The notes under the pieces: model-generated
Databases searched by the model: none
Seen by the model: the letters and a program-made list of their open reading frames with translations, nothing else
What the model was told of the DNA's origin: nothing
Made by a program: the position numbers and the translations under genes
Origin: an uncultured Bacteroidales bacterium
Lineage (GTDB): Bacteria; Bacteroidota; Bacteroidia; Bacteroidales; UBA1402
DNA: 64,000 bases
Assembly (NCBI GenBank): GCA_964575345.1
Contig: CAZNQD010000004.1
Location: 7,325 to 71,324, forward strand
Direction of reading: 5' to 3'
Shown: in pieces, positions 63,022 to 64,000 of the stretch
How the letters are laid out: each line of letters begins with the position of its first letter
Position numbering within the stretch: position 1 is the first letter of the stretch

Positions 63022-64000
63022 ATGAAAAGCATTGCCAAAGTGCTGGTTGCACTGGTGCTGGTTTCGGGAATCCTGTTGTTGCTGGATCTGGAAAACCGGG
63101 AAAAAGTGCAAAGAGAGGAATTGAGAATCGCGGTTTTCAAAATGATTGCGCGGCCCATGCTCGAGGACGCCGAAAGAGGAATTATTGAGGCTTTGTCCGA
63201 AAGGGGCTACCTGGATAGGGAAAATTGTGTAATCCGGTATTATTGTGCCGACGGAGACATGGCAACAGCCAACGCCATTGCGCAAAACATTGTCAGCAGT
63301 CGCTTTGACATGGTCATTACCATAAGCACTCCCTCGCTGCAGGTCATGGCCAATGCCAACAAAAAGGGCGAAGTCCTGCACATCTTTTGCACAGTTACCG
63401 ACCCCTATGGTGCAGGAGTCGGTATCACCGGGCCGGAACCCGGCCAGCATCCCCCGCACCTGACAGGCATCGGTACTTTTCAGCCGGTAGAAGAAAGCTT
63501 TGAGCTGGCCAAACAGATGAACCCCAATCTGAAAAAAGTGGGAAGCGTTTGGTGCACCAGCGAAACTTGTTCGGAGGCCTGTGTCAGATTGGCCCGAAAG
63601 AAATGTGCGGAACTGGGTATTGAGCTCTATGAAATGGGGGTTGAAAACACGACACAGATTCTTGAAGCAGCGATGTCTCTTACCGCCCGCGGCGTAGAAG
63701 CCTTGTGGGTGGGAGGCGACAATGTGGTAGAAGCCGCCATTGACCAGCTGATCAAAGCCGCCGAAAAAGCAAGTATACCCTTATTTATCAACAATACGAA
63801 CAGCGTGTACGGCAATACCCTGTTCGGCCTGGGTGCAAAATACACCGAAGTGGGCTACCTTGCCGGACAAATGGCCGCCGATGTGCTCGAGGGCAAAGCC
63901 TGTTCCGAAATAGGTGTCAGCAATATGGTCCCCTTAAATCTGGTGACCAACCCCGCTGCACTCAACAACTTGAAGGACAAATGGCAGCTCCCCCCCGCCT
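63022..64000 (+). CDS. ABC transporter substrate-binding protein (ABC_sub_bind/PF04392-like), runs off the window edge (absent from ORF track)
   Basis: Open frame from ATG 63022: MKSIAKVLVALVLVSGILLLLD...G..EAL...GY...A.GD.A.A..IAQ..V....D....ISTPS.Q...F..VTDP..AG...P..K.VG...GGDN.V...GY.AG.MAA.VL.G; -7 element TACTTTTG at 62983-62990. Confidence 0.85.
   Translation, partial: MKSIAKVLVALVLVSGILLLLDLENREKVQREELRIAVFKMIARPMLEDAERGIIEALSERGYLDRENCVIRYYCADGDMATANAIAQNIVSSRFDMVITISTPSLQVMANANKKGEVLHIFCTVTDPYGAGVGITGPEPGQHPPHLTGIGTFQPVEESFELAKQMNPNLKKVGSVWCTSETCSEACVRLARKKCAELGIELYEMGVENTTQILEAAMSLTARGVEALWVGGDNVVEAAIDQLIKAAEKASIPLFINNTNSVYGNTLFGLGAKYTEVGYLAGQMAADVLEGKACSEIGVSNMVPLNLVTNPAALNNLKDKWQLPPA

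Noticed and set aside
62988-63845. ORF-track entries 62988-63188, 62995-63459 and 63627-63845
   Set aside because: Alternate-frame or antisense shadows of the open ABC substrate-binding CDS starting at 63022.
1-64000. CRISPR arrays, tRNA/rRNA genes, IS elements, integrases, prophage or defence genes
   Set aside because: No regularly spaced repeats, cloverleaf-like sequences, transposase or integrase motifs, or phage proteins seen by eye; a tRNAscan/CRISPR/IS search would confirm.

Overview
A 64 kb chromosomal segment of a Bacteroidota bacterium, most likely Bacteroidales. The assignment rests on TAnnTTTG -7 promoter elements, a T9SS C-terminal sorting domain, BtuB/BtuG, and the nadK-pdxJ-exbBD-tonB-DJ-1 gene order. 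About 50 CDS are present. Housekeeping genes include ansA, def, ruvX, mutS2, rfbABC, mscL, nadE, rplS, nadK, pdxJ, exbBD/tonB, corA and rsmA. Accessory modules are: (i) a VUT/YhhQ queuosine-precursor transporter with a preQ1-I riboswitch ending 3 nt before its ATG; (ii) AmgK-like and MurU-like genes separated by a T9SS cargo gene; (iii) a cobalamin riboswitch-btuB-btuG unit; (iv) a Rid/chorismatase-like protein, a DUF6057-like membrane protein and a CXXCH beta-propeller lipoprotein; (v) an 8-gene ABC-importer/isomerase/kinase/split-transketolase operon resembling the D-apiose transketolase pathway; (vi) an AT-richer lipoprotein-radical SAM/SPASM-hemerythrin operon whose lipobox Cys is followed by Tyr-Gly. 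Module (vi) is the best candidate for an uncharacterised protein-modification system. No CRISPR array, tRNA, rRNA, transposase or integrase was seen. Family assignments come from motif recognition by eye, not database searches.
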